Virus record (IMG/VR): IMGVR_UViG_3300032163_000003
Location: 46,070 to 110,069 of that record
DNA from: a virus
Strand: one strand, 5' to 3'
DNA: 64,000 nt
A program made the position numbers and the translations under genes. Below, piece by piece: positions 1-9,958 of this stretch. Below the pieces are notes generated by a model that had not been told where the DNA came from, searched no databases, and worked only from the letters and a program-made list of their open reading frames with translations. Numbering within the stretch: the stretch's first letter is position 1; each line of letters opens with the position of its first letter.

Positions 1-62
1 GTAGAAAGAATTTCGACAAAAAAATTTACTTGGGAATTTTAATATCCAAGTAAATTTTTTTG

Positions 63-1307
63 CTAAATTGTATTATTGCTGCGGAATAAGTCTAGTTTGC
101 AAGTTGGAAACCACTCTCCAGCTTTTGTAAAAATGATATCACTGTTTTTGAGAATATATTTTCCCGCTAGATTTGTATACTGAAGATTCTTCGTTAACAA
201 TTTTACTGGTTCACCTACATTTAGAAGATTTAAGATTTTCAAGTTCTTTTCTATCTCAACTGAAATAGTAGTTATGTTGGATAGGTATTTTGATAACCTT
301 GAATTTATAAAAGTTTCATTCTCTTGATATCCAAGATGATCTGTGTAATACTTGGTTCGGTCTGTTATTGGATCAGTAGATACTTTATCATACTTATAAA
401 CTACTCCATAATCAGAAGTAACTTCATCTAGATCTTTATTAATTATATTATATAATGCATCTTTTGGTTTAACTAAGTGCTTTGTTTGTTTTGCTAAAAA
501 AGAAAACTTTGTATTTCCAGAGAAGTCACTTTTTATCGGGGCGTATGTGTAGAAATTTTTTCCTTCTTCACATCGTTTAAAAATTTCATCCATTTCCTCT
601 TTTGTAATATCTAAAGGAACTTGAAAAATTCCAAAAGTCTGATCTTTGTTTATTTCTTTTGATAGATTGTGTACACGAAACTCATTACTTAAGTTACAGT
701 GTACTTCTAACATTCCATCAAAAATTCCAAATGTTTCATCTAAATACAGAATTGCTTTGTATAAAGTGGTTGGAGGAATAACTACTTGATCTATCGTTTC
801 TGTATTTGCACCAGTATTTGTAAAATTCAAAGTAGCATCTGTTTTTCCAGTTAGTGCTTGAACTATATCTTTTACTGTTTGACCAATAAAAACATCGTTG
901 ACTAAAGTAGTAATGGTTTTGAATGGTTTTCTTGGAACAGTAATTATTCTAAACAGAGATCTATCTCTTTGAGAAGTAGCTGAAATTCGAACTTGTGGAG
1001 CAGCGGCATAACTGGTTTTAAGATACATCAAATCTAAATCTATTCGTTCTAAAGTTGCTTTCTCGGTTCCTCTTCCTTCTAGTTTAATACTTAGTTTTAG
1101 AGGATCTTTTGAAAAAACATTTTCTTTGAGAACTTGTTCTGGATCAATTAGAATATCTAAAGTGATTATCTGGTAAGGCGCAAATATTGAAGATGTAATT
1201 CTCACAGAAAGTAATTCTGGCGTATAATCATAATCCTTGATGATTAATTGCAGATCGTACCCTCTAGCGAGTACGTAACTTCTTGGGTCTTTTACTTGAT
1301 CAGCCAT
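63..1307 (-). CDS. Putative virion structural protein (possibly baseplate hub-like)
   Basis: 414-aa ORF downstream of a terminator and a candidate late promoter; fold guess only. Confidence 0.3.
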   Translation of the reverse strand: MADQVKDPRSYVLARGYDLQLIIKDYDYTPELLSVRITSSIFAPYQIITLDILIDPEQVLKENVFSKDPLKLSIKLEGRGTEKATLERIDLDLMYLKTSYAAAPQVRISATSQRDRSLFRIITVPRKPFKTITTLVNDVFIGQTVKDIVQALTGKTDATLNFTNTGANTETIDQVVIPPTTLYKAILYLDETFGIFDGMLEVHCNLSNEFRVHNLSKEINKDQTFGIFQVPLDITKEEMDEIFKRCEEGKNFYTYAPIKSDFSGNTKFSFLAKQTKHLVKPKDALYNIINKDLDEVTSDYGVVYKYDKVSTDPITDRTKYYTDHLGYQENETFINSRLSKYLSNITTISVEIEKNLKILNLLNVGEPVKLLTKNLQYTNLAGKYILKNSDIIFTKAGEWFPTCKLDLFRSNNTI

Positions 1308-2092
1308 TACTTTGTTTCCTCAAACAATCTAAAAAGTTGTTCTTTTGTTATCCAACTTTTGTTTTTCTTTTTATCATTTTCATCCCAAGGAATAAGTTGA
1401 AGATTACATTTGTGACCGATTATGTATGGAGGAATATTACTTAAAAATCCGTCCTTAATACTAAAGGTATGATCTGCTTGAAAAGAATCTTTTACTCCAC
1501 ACCGGCCGGTTTTAGACAACTCTTCTGCCGAGAATTTGTCTTTTATTGATTTTTGTGTAAAGAAATAAACTTTTCTACGATATAAGTTAAAAAGTGATAT
1601 TTTTTCATCTGGAAGCCATGTCCCATTTTTTATTTTTGTTTCTCTCCCTTTCCTAATTACTTTTTCCTTTATCTCTGGGACAAGCATATTATGTGAAACA
1701 CCATAATTTTTTAAGAAAGTTTTTACTTGTTTTTCTGTTATAAATTTGATTTCTTCTTCTGTCTTGTTCTTTTTGGTTTGTTTTATTTTTTCAGAAATCC
1801 AAGGAACTTGACTTATATTTTTTACACCGTATTTTTCTAAAGTTTTTTGAATGTATATTTTTGTAGTCCCATATTTCTTTAAAATGGATTCTTTTCTTTT
1901 CTTAAAGATTTCTTTCTTTTCTTCTTCTGATTTTCTTTTCCATTTTTCTCTTACTTTGGTTCTCCAGTTTTCTTTTTCTTTCTCATTTCTGGATAGTAAC
2001 GTTTCGCTGCATTTTCCTCTGTTGTTGTAAAACTCATTTCCATACTTTTCTAAACATGTATTTCTAGCTTTTTCTCTGTTTGTTTTACTCAC
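1307..2092 (-). CDS. Homing endonuclease-like protein (KYG repeats, C-terminal HNH-like domain)
   Basis: Repeated EKYG/KKYG/KNYG; C-terminal DH.FSI..GF...I...II.H..NL..IP...N..K shared with 44736..45908. Confidence 0.6.
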   Translation of the reverse strand: MSKTNREKARNTCLEKYGNEFYNNRGKCSETLLSRNEKEKENWRTKVREKWKRKSEEEKKEIFKKRKESILKKYGTTKIYIQKTLEKYGVKNISQVPWISEKIKQTKKNKTEEEIKFITEKQVKTFLKNYGVSHNMLVPEIKEKVIRKGRETKIKNGTWLPDEKISLFNLYRRKVYFFTQKSIKDKFSAEELSKTGRCGVKDSFQADHTFSIKDGFLSNIPPYIIGHKCNLQLIPWDENDKKKNKSWITKEQLFRLFEETK

Positions 2093-2502
2093 TTCTTCTT
2101 TGCCTCAGATTCCATTTTCTTTAATAAATCATAATAATTCCCTATTTCAGCAAGGTGGTCCTTTGCAATTTCTTTCGCTAGTTCTGGATCATCCGTATGC
2201 TCTTTTTCTACTTCGACTCCCATATTCAACTGCTCAGCATCAAACTGCTCATCTCCAATATCTCTATGTCTTCCAACTTGAAGAAGATTTGAGAGAAGAC
2301 CATACGCAATAGTTTCAAGTCTATCAACTGGCATTCCAATTTTATCTGAAAATTCATGCACGTCTTTATCGCTTGGTTCTGGGTGTTCTATAAAGAAATT
2401 CTTTACAATTTCAATCGTATGGGGATCTTCTAGAGTCTGTTCTACAACTCTATATCTTCGTAATTGTTTTTTTAACTGTTCAAAATAATACATATCTTCC
2501 AT
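2089..2502 (-). CDS. DUF5661-like phage protein
   Basis: QLNMGVEVEKEHTDDPELAKEIAKDHLAEIGNYY motif; start moved to MEDMYY behind a GGAGG SD. Confidence 0.65.
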   Translation of the reverse strand: MEDMYYFEQLKKQLRRYRVVEQTLEDPHTIEIVKNFFIEHPEPSDKDVHEFSDKIGMPVDRLETIAYGLLSNLLQVGRHRDIGDEQFDAEQLNMGVEVEKEHTDDPELAKEIAKDHLAEIGNYYDLLKKMESEAKKK

Positions 2503-2514
2503 AACGTTCCCTCC

Positions 2515-2530
2515 ATTATAATTTGTTCCC
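2515..2530 (-). promoter_or_regulatory. Candidate phage late promoter motif (GGGAACAAATTATAAT)
   Basis: GAAYAWAT motif recurs upstream of several endonuclease genes; here it follows a terminator. Confidence 0.4.
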
Positions 2531-2540
2531 AAAAATGTAC

Positions 2541-2573
2541 AAGAAAAGTGGGGGGTCATCCCCACCCACTTTT
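2541..2573 (-). terminator. Rho-independent terminator
   Basis: AAAAGTGGG...CCCACTTTT hairpin with U-tail after the 2573 stop. Confidence 0.7.
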
Positions 2574-3445
2574 TAGAAGGTTGATCCTCGGAGAGCTCTA
2601 ATCATGCGCGTTGGTACAACTAACAATCTTTCTGCTATGTCATCCAACATCAGCTTTGCGTTCAAGTTTCCCTCCTTTGAGCTGAATTTTGCAATGGCTA
2701 AAAACAGATTCCAGTTTGTTATTTGGCTTCCTGCGCAGAGCTCGGAAAGAAAGGCAGATATACTATTCCGTCTATTCTTACCGGCTTTTTCTTCTATCAT
2801 CGCAAGGGACTTTAAGATTTCTTCATCAGTAAGTATTTTAGAACTTGTCTCCGAAATTATGTCGACAATATTCTCATTGAAGATCTCAAAGAACGATCCG
2901 ATGACACCACTTAAAACTGTTTTACTTTTTGATGTGTGAATCTGATGGTAGGAACCCATCTTTTGTTTAAAGGTTACACGATACTCCCCCATTATGGAGA
3001 ATCCAAAAGATACTCTTGCAACACCTGTGCCATCATAGCTATTTTGCACAGTCAATTGTGGGACAACATCTCCGTCTCTTGGGGTAGTAACAACGTTTTC
3101 AATTTCAATTTCATGCCAAAAATGAGTAAACCGAGGAGCGTTTAAAAAAGTTCTTTCTCTTAAAATTGGTTTTCCAGTTCCAACAATTGACTCTTTGATC
3201 ATGCATACTACAATGTCATTACCAATGAACTTATAATCTTCTGATACAAATCCACCCATTCTTCCGAACGTTTGAGAAGTTGGTGAAGCAAAAACAGTGA
3301 AGTAGGGGATGGCTGTAAACTTGTCTGCGTCTTCAATGTATGACCCAATGTATCGAACTGCGCCATACTTGTCCTCATACAAAAAGGTTCTGTTGTTGAT
3401 TTTCTTTAATCCATCTCTCACAGCTCGTTGTTCAAATGTTTCCAT
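2573..3445 (-). CDS. DUF932-like protein
   Basis: QLTVQNSYDGT motif; likely start METFEQ with GGAGG SD. Confidence 0.45.
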   Translation of the reverse strand: METFEQRAVRDGLKKINNRTFLYEDKYGAVRYIGSYIEDADKFTAIPYFTVFASPTSQTFGRMGGFVSEDYKFIGNDIVVCMIKESIVGTGKPILRERTFLNAPRFTHFWHEIEIENVVTTPRDGDVVPQLTVQNSYDGTGVARVSFGFSIMGEYRVTFKQKMGSYHQIHTSKSKTVLSGVIGSFFEIFNENIVDIISETSSKILTDEEILKSLAMIEEKAGKNRRNSISAFLSELCAGSQITNWNLFLAIAKFSSKEGNLNAKLMLDDIAERLLVVPTRMIRALRGSTF

Positions 3446-3455
3446 TCTTCCTCCG

Positions 3456-3839
3456 TTAATCATTGTTGTTGCTTCCGGAATCTGAACTTCCACTACTGGA
3501 ATCAGATTCTAGGATTGATTCTTGTTCATGTAGATCACATGACTCACACTTCTTGTCGCAGTCATCAAAAGATCCACTTGCACCACCTCCGCCGCTTTCT
3601 CCACCTTTTCCAGAGAAAGCCTCTTCTGCTAAAAGATCTCCTGCGTTCGGTGGAACTTCATGAAGCATCTCCATCATTGAGAACATTAGTAAAAGAGATG
3701 ATTCATTTAAAGACTCAATTCTTTCAACTTCTTGAATCTTCGCTCTTACCAACTGGGGATGCATTACTCGGAGATGCGCCCGAAAGTCTTTCATAAAAAT
3801 TTCCTTCTTACAAAATCTACACTTTACCTTTCTGTCCAT
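3456..3839 (-). CDS. C2H2 zinc-finger protein with Gly/Ser-rich tail
   Basis: CRFC...H....H; GGESGGGGASGSF. Confidence 0.5.
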   Translation of the reverse strand: MDRKVKCRFCKKEIFMKDFRAHLRVMHPQLVRAKIQEVERIESLNESSLLLMFSMMEMLHEVPPNAGDLLAEEAFSGKGGESGGGGASGSFDDCDKKCESCDLHEQESILESDSSSGSSDSGSNNND

Positions 3840-4206
3840 TCCATAACTCCTTTGAATGATTTTGGTGTAACTTAAAATACATGCTTAGAAGATTTTCACA
3901 ATCTTTGGAACAGTTTATTATTATAATACAATCTTTACAAATCTCTTTTTTTGCTACTTTCCATATGATTACTTCTTGTGTTAAGTCTATCAACCGAACG
4001 TTTGTAAGATCTCCCTGGTATTTGTGTTCAAATTTCCAAGAACAACGTTTGTCAACTTTTTCAACATGTGCTATATTCTCCTTGAAGAATTTGAAAAGAA
4101 TCTTCCGGAAACCCAGTTGCTCCTTAGATGTCTTAGTAAGGGCTTCAGATATCTTTAAAGCAGTTTCATCTTTTATGGAAGGTAATTTTTCTTTACTCGA
4201 TTTCAT
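3817..4206 (-). CDS. CX2CX5CX3C-motif family protein
   Basis: CKDCIIIINCSKDC. Confidence 0.5.
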   Translation of the reverse strand: MKSSKEKLPSIKDETALKISEALTKTSKEQLGFRKILFKFFKENIAHVEKVDKRCSWKFEHKYQGDLTNVRLIDLTQEVIIWKVAKKEICKDCIIIINCSKDCENLLSMYFKLHQNHSKELWNGQKGKV

Positions 4207-4407
4207 GAACTCGACCTCCCATCGCCTTTACCCACGAAACCTGATCAGGAGTAGCCTCTTGAATGTAGGAACTCATAATAGTTCCAAACAATCTTAAAGC
4301 GTAAGTCTTTGCAAATTGTTTGGAACTAGATCTCACAATGGAACAATTTCCTCCATCCAGGGTCACATAATAGTCCTTCTTCCTGAGTAATGATAATTCT
4401 TCTTTCA

Positions 4408-5565
4408 TTATCTATGTTTCTCCTTTTCTTTAATTAGTCCGGCTTGCTTCAAAACTATTGTTCCTACCTTGGACATCATACCTTTGGGAAAGTAATTGCT
4501 CATGAACCGCATTGTTTGGTTTTTGTCCTTTGTTACATCAAATCCCTCAGCCTTTGCTTTAACCCAAACTTCGTTAACATTCTTTACTAGAAGCATGTGC
4601 TCATTCGCCCAATCCCAAATCTTTTTGATCTTTAGTCGAGACTTATTTATTATGTCTTGAGCAAACTCTTCCAGAAGAAGGGTTTCTAAATCATCAACAG
4701 TTGGATCTTCTTTGTCCTCAAAAACATTCAAGGCAGTATTTTTTAGAATCAGGATCGGAATAGAACCAGAAGCAGCCCAGTGAATCTTCTCAATCTCTTC
4801 TGGTTTACATTTGAACATTCTCCAAGAAGGTTCTCCAACATGGGCATATAAAACCATTCCTTCGACAAATAGATCTTCATTATTTATTGCTGACATAACT
4901 TCACGCAATTGGTTATATCCTTCTGTAAGTTTTTCCCTTGTAGGATTAACCATTTCTCCACCCTTTGTTGGAAGTTTTGCTCCATCTATAAGATTAACAA
5001 GATTTGGAGGTTTAATTGCTCCGTCTTTTCTTCTGACGCCAAACAAGAAGTTTACTTCTAGCGGAACTTGATACTTGATGGTTATTGGATTTCTGGAACC
5101 AAATAGTTCAAAAGAAAGATTGAAGTCTGGATTTGCTTTAATCAATTCTTTAATCCACTTGTTCTCACTCATATATTCTATCCACATGGACTTAAAGGAG
5201 ACCAAAGTTGAGTCTTTAACAATTTGAGTCAACCTTGTTTTGTATGTAATGAATTCTTGTTCTTTGTAAGAATATCTATATTCGAGAATGTTAGTTCCGT
5301 CAAGTTTATCCCAGACTCTTACTTCCTGAATATCTGGCCAGTTATAAGTTCCTTGCTTATCAAATGGATAGTGAAGCTTTGGTGTTCCAAATATTACTTG
5401 CTCACAAGGTTCATCGTTGACTTGAAAAATAACCAAAGCTCCATATCTATGGTCTGGCTTTACGCACATAAATCCAGACAGTTTGTTGTTATTGTTGAAT
5501 GAATCCTCAGATTCGAATGGACTAATTTCTTTTGTATCAAGTATTTCAATCGCTCTTTCTTTCAT
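4408..5565 (-). CDS. ATP-dependent RNA ligase-like protein (Rnl1/Rnl2-like)
   Basis: Motif I DKLDGT, FELFG, EGMVL, C-terminal FKCK. Confidence 0.7.
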   Translation of the reverse strand: MKERAIEILDTKEISPFESEDSFNNNNKLSGFMCVKPDHRYGALVIFQVNDEPCEQVIFGTPKLHYPFDKQGTYNWPDIQEVRVWDKLDGTNILEYRYSYKEQEFITYKTRLTQIVKDSTLVSFKSMWIEYMSENKWIKELIKANPDFNLSFELFGSRNPITIKYQVPLEVNFLFGVRRKDGAIKPPNLVNLIDGAKLPTKGGEMVNPTREKLTEGYNQLREVMSAINNEDLFVEGMVLYAHVGEPSWRMFKCKPEEIEKIHWAASGSIPILILKNTALNVFEDKEDPTVDDLETLLLEEFAQDIINKSRLKIKKIWDWANEHMLLVKNVNEVWVKAKAEGFDVTKDKNQTMRFMSNYFPKGMMSKVGTIVLKQAGLIKEKEKHR

Positions 5566-5575
5566 TATAAAACCC

Positions 5576-6079
5576 CTATAACAACTCGTTTAATTTTTCG
5601 ATCATATTATCTTTTATCTTCTGAAACAACCTAGATCTTTTAGTTGGTTTGGGTTCAGGTATAGAAACATTAGTAACTGGAGGCGAATACTGTGGAATAC
5701 TAATACTCGGTGGATGAATTATAGGAACTCCGTGTTGTATAGACGGTGGAGGACTAGGTCCAGACTGGAAAATATAAGATGAAAATCCACTAGTACCCTG
5801 ATATCCGCTTACACCAGTATGTCCAGAAACGCCCTGATATCCGCTTACACCAGTATGTCCAGAAACGCCCTGATATCCGCTTACTCCAAAGATACCATAC
5901 ATTGGTTTATAATCTTTAGATCCAGTTATATTTGAAACCCAGTCTGTCTTTCCTTTTCCCCAACAACGCGGACACATTATGTCTGAGTCACCTACAGAAA
6001 TTATTCCTTCTCCCTTGCACTTACTACACTGAACTAGAGCTTCCTCCGGACATTGCTGGTCCTGATTCGACATTATCAT
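5576..6079 (-). CDS. CxxCxGxG/DW family protein with collagen-like G-X-Y insert
   Basis: CSKCKGEG...CPRCWGKGKTDWV; GVSGYQGVSGHT repeats. Confidence 0.6.
   Translation of the reverse strand: MIMSNQDQQCPEEALVQCSKCKGEGIISVGDSDIMCPRCWGKGKTDWVSNITGSKDYKPMYGIFGVSGYQGVSGHTGVSGYQGVSGHTGVSGYQGTSGFSSYIFQSGPSPPPSIQHGVPIIHPPSISIPQYSPPVTNVSIPEPKPTKRSRLFQKIKDNMIEKLNELL
5796..5884. repeat. 36-bp tandem repeat (about 2.5 copies) encoding GVSGYQGVSGHT
   Basis: ccctgatatccgcttacaccagtatgtccagaaacg repeated. Confidence 0.85.
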
Positions 6080-6518
6080 TGCTAAATCCCTTTGATCCTC
6101 CCACTACGTTTTGGATCCAGTCGACATATCCACGGCCTCTACACCTCACACATGTTCCAGATGTATGATTTCTTTTGTGAATTCGAAGAAACCAATATCT
6201 ACTAGATTTTGGAGTCCAACCATTTCCGTTACAAGTTTTACATATAATGTTACCTTGTTTTTTGATTCTTCTTTTGATTAAAAAATCTCTGAAATATGAT
6301 TCTACGATTTCAAGAGTAATTTCACATATGATTCCAAGTGAAATAATTAGTATTGTTTTGAATGGAATTGTAAGGGAAATAAACTTTCCATTCAAATCAA
6401 AATTAACACTCATACCAATTATCAAAGCGACTAGTCCCCATCTTATAACTGCGGTGGTAATTCTTTCTCTTCTTGAAGGTATTCGGAAAGGTCTCATGTT
6501 GGCCCATTCAATTGGCAT
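6024..6518 (-). CDS. Membrane-anchored CxxCxGxG/DW family protein
   Basis: Two hydrophobic segments; CKTCNGNG...CVRCRGRGYVDWI. Confidence 0.6.
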   Translation of the reverse strand: MPIEWANMRPFRIPSRRERITTAVIRWGLVALIIGMSVNFDLNGKFISLTIPFKTILIISLGIICEITLEIVESYFRDFLIKRRIKKQGNIICKTCNGNGWTPKSSRYWFLRIHKRNHTSGTCVRCRGRGYVDWIQNVVGGSKGFSNDNVESGPAMSGGSSSSV

Positions 6519-7261
6519 ATTTTTCTCCTAATAAAAATTATTTATCTTTTCAATTAGAAATATATATATAGAATTTACAATCCATACCTTACGAACTTAA
6601 AATCTTCTTTTAAAATTTCTACCATCTGGTCATAGTCGCCAAATTTATAGAAATCTTTTACAACTGGATCCTTGATTCCACCGTATGACAACATATAGTC
6701 TGCGTCAAGAACAGTTTCAATTACTTCGTCTTTTTTCATGACTACTTTGTTAATATTTTTTCCCTCTGCTTCAGCAGTACATTGAAGACAATCATACGCA
6801 ATTGTTTGCCACGTTGCTTGTGCTGCTCTTTGAAATTCTTTTATTTGTTTTGGTGTAAGATTAAACCTTTTTCTTTCTTTCATTTTTCTCCTTTATACTT
6901 TTTAAGTCTTTAAGAGTTTCTTCAACAACAGTAATAATTTTACTTGGTCTAGTTTTTATAACTCTTCCTTTGACTTTACATTCTTTGACTTGATCCCAAA
7001 GGTGACTTCCAATAATACCAAGATCTTTCGCAGTTCCTTTTGCAACTTCTTTATACTTTCCTTTTTTAATCCGTAAACTTACAGTCCATACGTTTTCAGC
7101 GTTAATATTCCAGTCACCTTTTTCCAAAAACGCGCAGTATCCATTTCTCATTTTTCGTTTACCTTTTCGAATGGACCAGTATGGACAATTACCTTTGTCA
7201 CTATAACAATAGGATCCGCGGGGTATCAGTCTCTTATCTTTTTTCATTTTTTGATTTCCTT

Positions 7262-7897
7262 TTATAAATACCTGTAGCGGTATTTTCTCATAAATTTTCT
7301 GCCGTTTCCAGAGTTTTTAAACCTATAGTTTTTTGTTAGTGAGTGACAGTTTGGACAAACTAGTTCTAAATTTTCAGGACGATTGTGTTTCCAGATTCCA
7401 TCTTTGTGATGTAACTCAATAGGAATTGTTTTATAATATGGATTTTCTTTATTCCATCCACATTTCATACATTTGTTTCCATAAGTTTCAATAAAGTATC
7501 GTTTTATATGACTAGACGCTCCACCCTTCTTAGTTCCAGTTATCTTACCTTCAAACCACTGTTTAATAAAAACTTTGTATTTATAATCGTTAAAACAGTG
7601 AAGATTACAAAATTTCTTTTTACATGAGAGTTGTTTTCCACAAGATAAACAGTTTAAGAACTTTCTTTTTATTACGCCAGAACCGCCCAACGATTTACTT
7701 ATTTTTACTCTAGTTTCTCTTTTATGTTTTCTTCCTGGTGTATTGAATTTTGCAGCGCAAATTCTACTGCAGAACTTTGGATTTTTTGTTTCTTTTTTGC
7801 ATAACAAACATTTTCTGGTAGAGGTGCTTGGGCTCGAACCAAGAACCTGTTTCTTATAAGGAAACTGCTCTACCACCGTTGAGCTACACCTCCTCAT
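7262..7897 (-). CDS. HNH homing endonuclease with Zn-finger repeats; 5' end contains tRNA-Ile(UAU)
   Basis: ELHHKDG...N..ENLELVCPNCH; ATG at 7897 preceded by GGGAG. Confidence 0.85.
   Translation of the reverse strand: MRRCSSTVVEQFPYKKQVLGSSPSTSTRKCLLCKKETKNPKFCSRICAAKFNTPGRKHKRETRVKISKSLGGSGVIKRKFLNCLSCGKQLSCKKKFCNLHCFNDYKYKVFIKQWFEGKITGTKKGGASSHIKRYFIETYGNKCMKCGWNKENPYYKTIPIELHHKDGIWKHNRPENLELVCPNCHSLTKNYRFKNSGNGRKFMRKYRYRYL
7816..7893 (-). tRNA. tRNA-Ile(UAU)
   Basis: GGAGGTG/CACCTCT acceptor, GTTTC-CT TAT AA-GAAAC, TTCGA T-loop, ACCA. Confidence 0.9.
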
Positions 7898-7921
7898 TTT
7901 AGATCTCCCTTCTAATAGTCT

Positions 7922-8272
7922 TTAACCAAGGTTGTTTACATCTACGGCAAGTTTTTTGTTTGGAAGAACAACAGCTCTCATGTCATCTACGAATAATGTT
8001 CCGTGAACAATTTGTGCTATTTTTATTGTTTTTCTTTTTAGCTTCCTAAGATCTTCAAACTTTATATCTATTCCATCTAGACTTTGCCAAAAGTATTTTA
8101 ATAGTTCTCCTTTTGACACTCCATATTCTCCTTCTGCATCAAAATATGGATCGTCCTCAAATATCCAATTTATAACTTTCGTTCCATTTTTGACGATAGC
8201 AAGAGATTTGTAACATGGCTCAGAACAAATAGATTTTATTATACAGTTGTTACATATTTTAAGGTATTTCAT
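7922..8272 (-). CDS. CX2CX5CX3C-motif family protein
   Basis: CNNCIIKSICSEPC. Confidence 0.5.
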   Translation of the reverse strand: MKYLKICNNCIIKSICSEPCYKSLAIVKNGTKVINWIFEDDPYFDAEGEYGVSKGELLKYFWQSLDGIDIKFEDLRKLKRKTIKIAQIVHGTLFVDDMRAVVLPNKKLAVDVNNLG

Positions 8273-8462
8273 CTTCCGGAATCTCCTTCTGAAATATCTC
8301 TTCTATCCAAATGATTTTCCCCTCTCCTTGACATCTTGGACAATCACATCCTTCACAGCCAACACAACCCAAAGCCTCGGTTTTTGGCCTTAACTTTCCA
8401 GTACCTTTGCACATAGGGCAATCAATCATTCCTTCTTGTTTTTCAGTCATAAAAATCTCCAA
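8259..8462 (-). CDS. CxxCxGxG/DW family protein
   Basis: CPMCKGTG...CPRCQGEGKIIWI. Confidence 0.6.
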   Translation of the reverse strand: MEIFMTEKQEGMIDCPMCKGTGKLRPKTEALGCVGCEGCDCPRCQGEGKIIWIEEIFQKEIPEDEIP

Positions 8463-8728
8463 TCCATATAATCACTCGGTTCTTCAATTCTAACATTAAA
8501 AAAATTTCTATCGTAATATAGTTTTAATGTTTTTGGAATTATCATTGATTTTTTAACTCCAACTACTTTTTCAACCCAGTCAATTTCTTGATGTCCACGA
8601 CATTGTTTGCATAATATAATTTCTAAATCCACTTCATTAAGAATCCTAAATCCTCGTCCATTACATCTATTACACTTTTCCTTTATTCTCAATTTCTTCA
8701 TCGGTTCCTCGATTAGAAAGTATATCAT
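8447..8728 (-). CDS. CxxCxGxG/DW family protein
   Basis: CNRCNGRG...CKQCRGHQEIDWVEKVVG. Confidence 0.6.
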   Translation of the reverse strand: MIYFLIEEPMKKLRIKEKCNRCNGRGFRILNEVDLEIILCKQCRGHQEIDWVEKVVGVKKSMIIPKTLKLYYDRNFFNVRIEEPSDYMDWRFL

Positions 8729-9432
8729 AATCTCTCTTGGTTACAAAATATCTCCTAGCACTTTTGTATGCTATAATCTTTTTGGGATATAACTTTCCGT
8801 GTTTGATCACAGCGATATATACTTCTACTTCTTTGTAAGATTTCAAATTACTTTCTTCTGTCTCGGTATTGAAATCACTTGCTAACCAGAAAAGTTTTTC
8901 TAACTCAGCAGCGGGATAACCCAGTTTAACTTCCATGCTGGCTATCCCAGACCACCAACTATTCGCCTCTCTTTCCAGAACGTCATGTCCTCTTTCAATT
9001 GTAGAAATTAAGATTTTCATTTTCATCCATCTTTCTTAACAAAGGTTTTTCCTTCTTTTACATAGTACTGACCTAGTCCCATACCAAGTCCGACACCATG
9101 AGTCTTAAAACATTTTTTACATAATATTCCCCACCGCCACCACTTTCTACACGGATCCATTTTGGTTTTAGCGTCGTAGAATTGATGCAAATCTTTTCTA
9201 CCACATTCGTTGCATTTTGGGTCACTTCCTGACCATATTTTTGGCATTCTTTATTTCCTTCTTTCACACTTTATAGCCTCTCGTAAAACTTGTAATCCAT
9301 ATGGAAATCTCTCTTTATCGTTAATATCTAAAAGAATTGTTCTGTCCAGATTACCTATTACTGGAAAAGTTTTTCCTACTAAATCCTTAAAGTCCAAGCT
9401 TATATACTTTTCATTAACTATGGTTGCTTGTT

Positions 9433-9864
9433 TCATAGAGGTTCTTCTCCAGGATATTTCTTGAACATTTTTTTGTTTTGATTTCTTTTAGTTGGGATTG
9501 CATCTTCTGGATATACCTCGTCTCGATAGTAATTGTCAAAAACTGCCTCTAGTTTATCAATAGCTTTAAGTATTCTATTATAATCAGATTTTTTATTAGT
9601 TTCACACTTTCTATGAAATTTCGCGAACTTACAAATTTTGCAATCTCCATCAGTGTCAATGCAAAAGTAGCACGTATCTCCGTATAATGGAAATATTTCA
9701 TGCGCTAATTTTAAAAGAAGATCTTTTTTATGTTCCATTACTGACTCTACTGTTTTGCATTCTGAAATTTGTTCAATGTAAAAATCGAAAGTATTTTGCG
9801 CACACTCTTTACAATATTCAAGACCTCTTACCATTTGCTTAAGAACGTTTTTCTTTACTTCCAT
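9433..9864 (-). CDS. Hypothetical Cys-rich protein
   Basis: Start MEVKK with AAGGAG SD; the longer track N-terminus is tRNA sequence. Confidence 0.55.
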   Translation of the reverse strand: MEVKKNVLKQMVRGLEYCKECAQNTFDFYIEQISECKTVESVMEHKKDLLLKLAHEIFPLYGDTCYFCIDTDGDCKICKFAKFHRKCETNKKSDYNRILKAIDKLEAVFDNYYRDEVYPEDAIPTKRNQNKKMFKKYPGEEPL

Positions 9865-9881
9865 TTCTTCTCCTTTTGCGG

Positions 9882-9953
9882 AAGCGGGGAAGGGACTCGA
9901 ACCCTCGACTTCGTGGTTATGAGCCACGCGTTCTACCTCTGAACTACCCCGCA
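9882..9953 (-). tRNA. tRNA with CAU anticodon (Met or Ile2), U1:U72 mismatch, no encoded CCA
   Basis: CGTGG-CT CAT AA-CCACG; GAGGG TTCGAGT CCCTT; followed by CCG. Confidence 0.8.
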
Positions 9954-9958
9954 CATTT

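Noticed and set aside
5796-5884. CRISPR-like 36-bp repeats
   Set aside because: Directly tandem with no spacers, in frame within a CDS, and no cas genes in the window.
9865-9954. N-terminal extension of 9433..9954 through the CAU tRNA (likewise 24299..24421 through tRNA-His)
   Set aside because: Both ORFs have a better SD and ATG downstream of the tRNA, so the overlap is a longest-ORF artefact.
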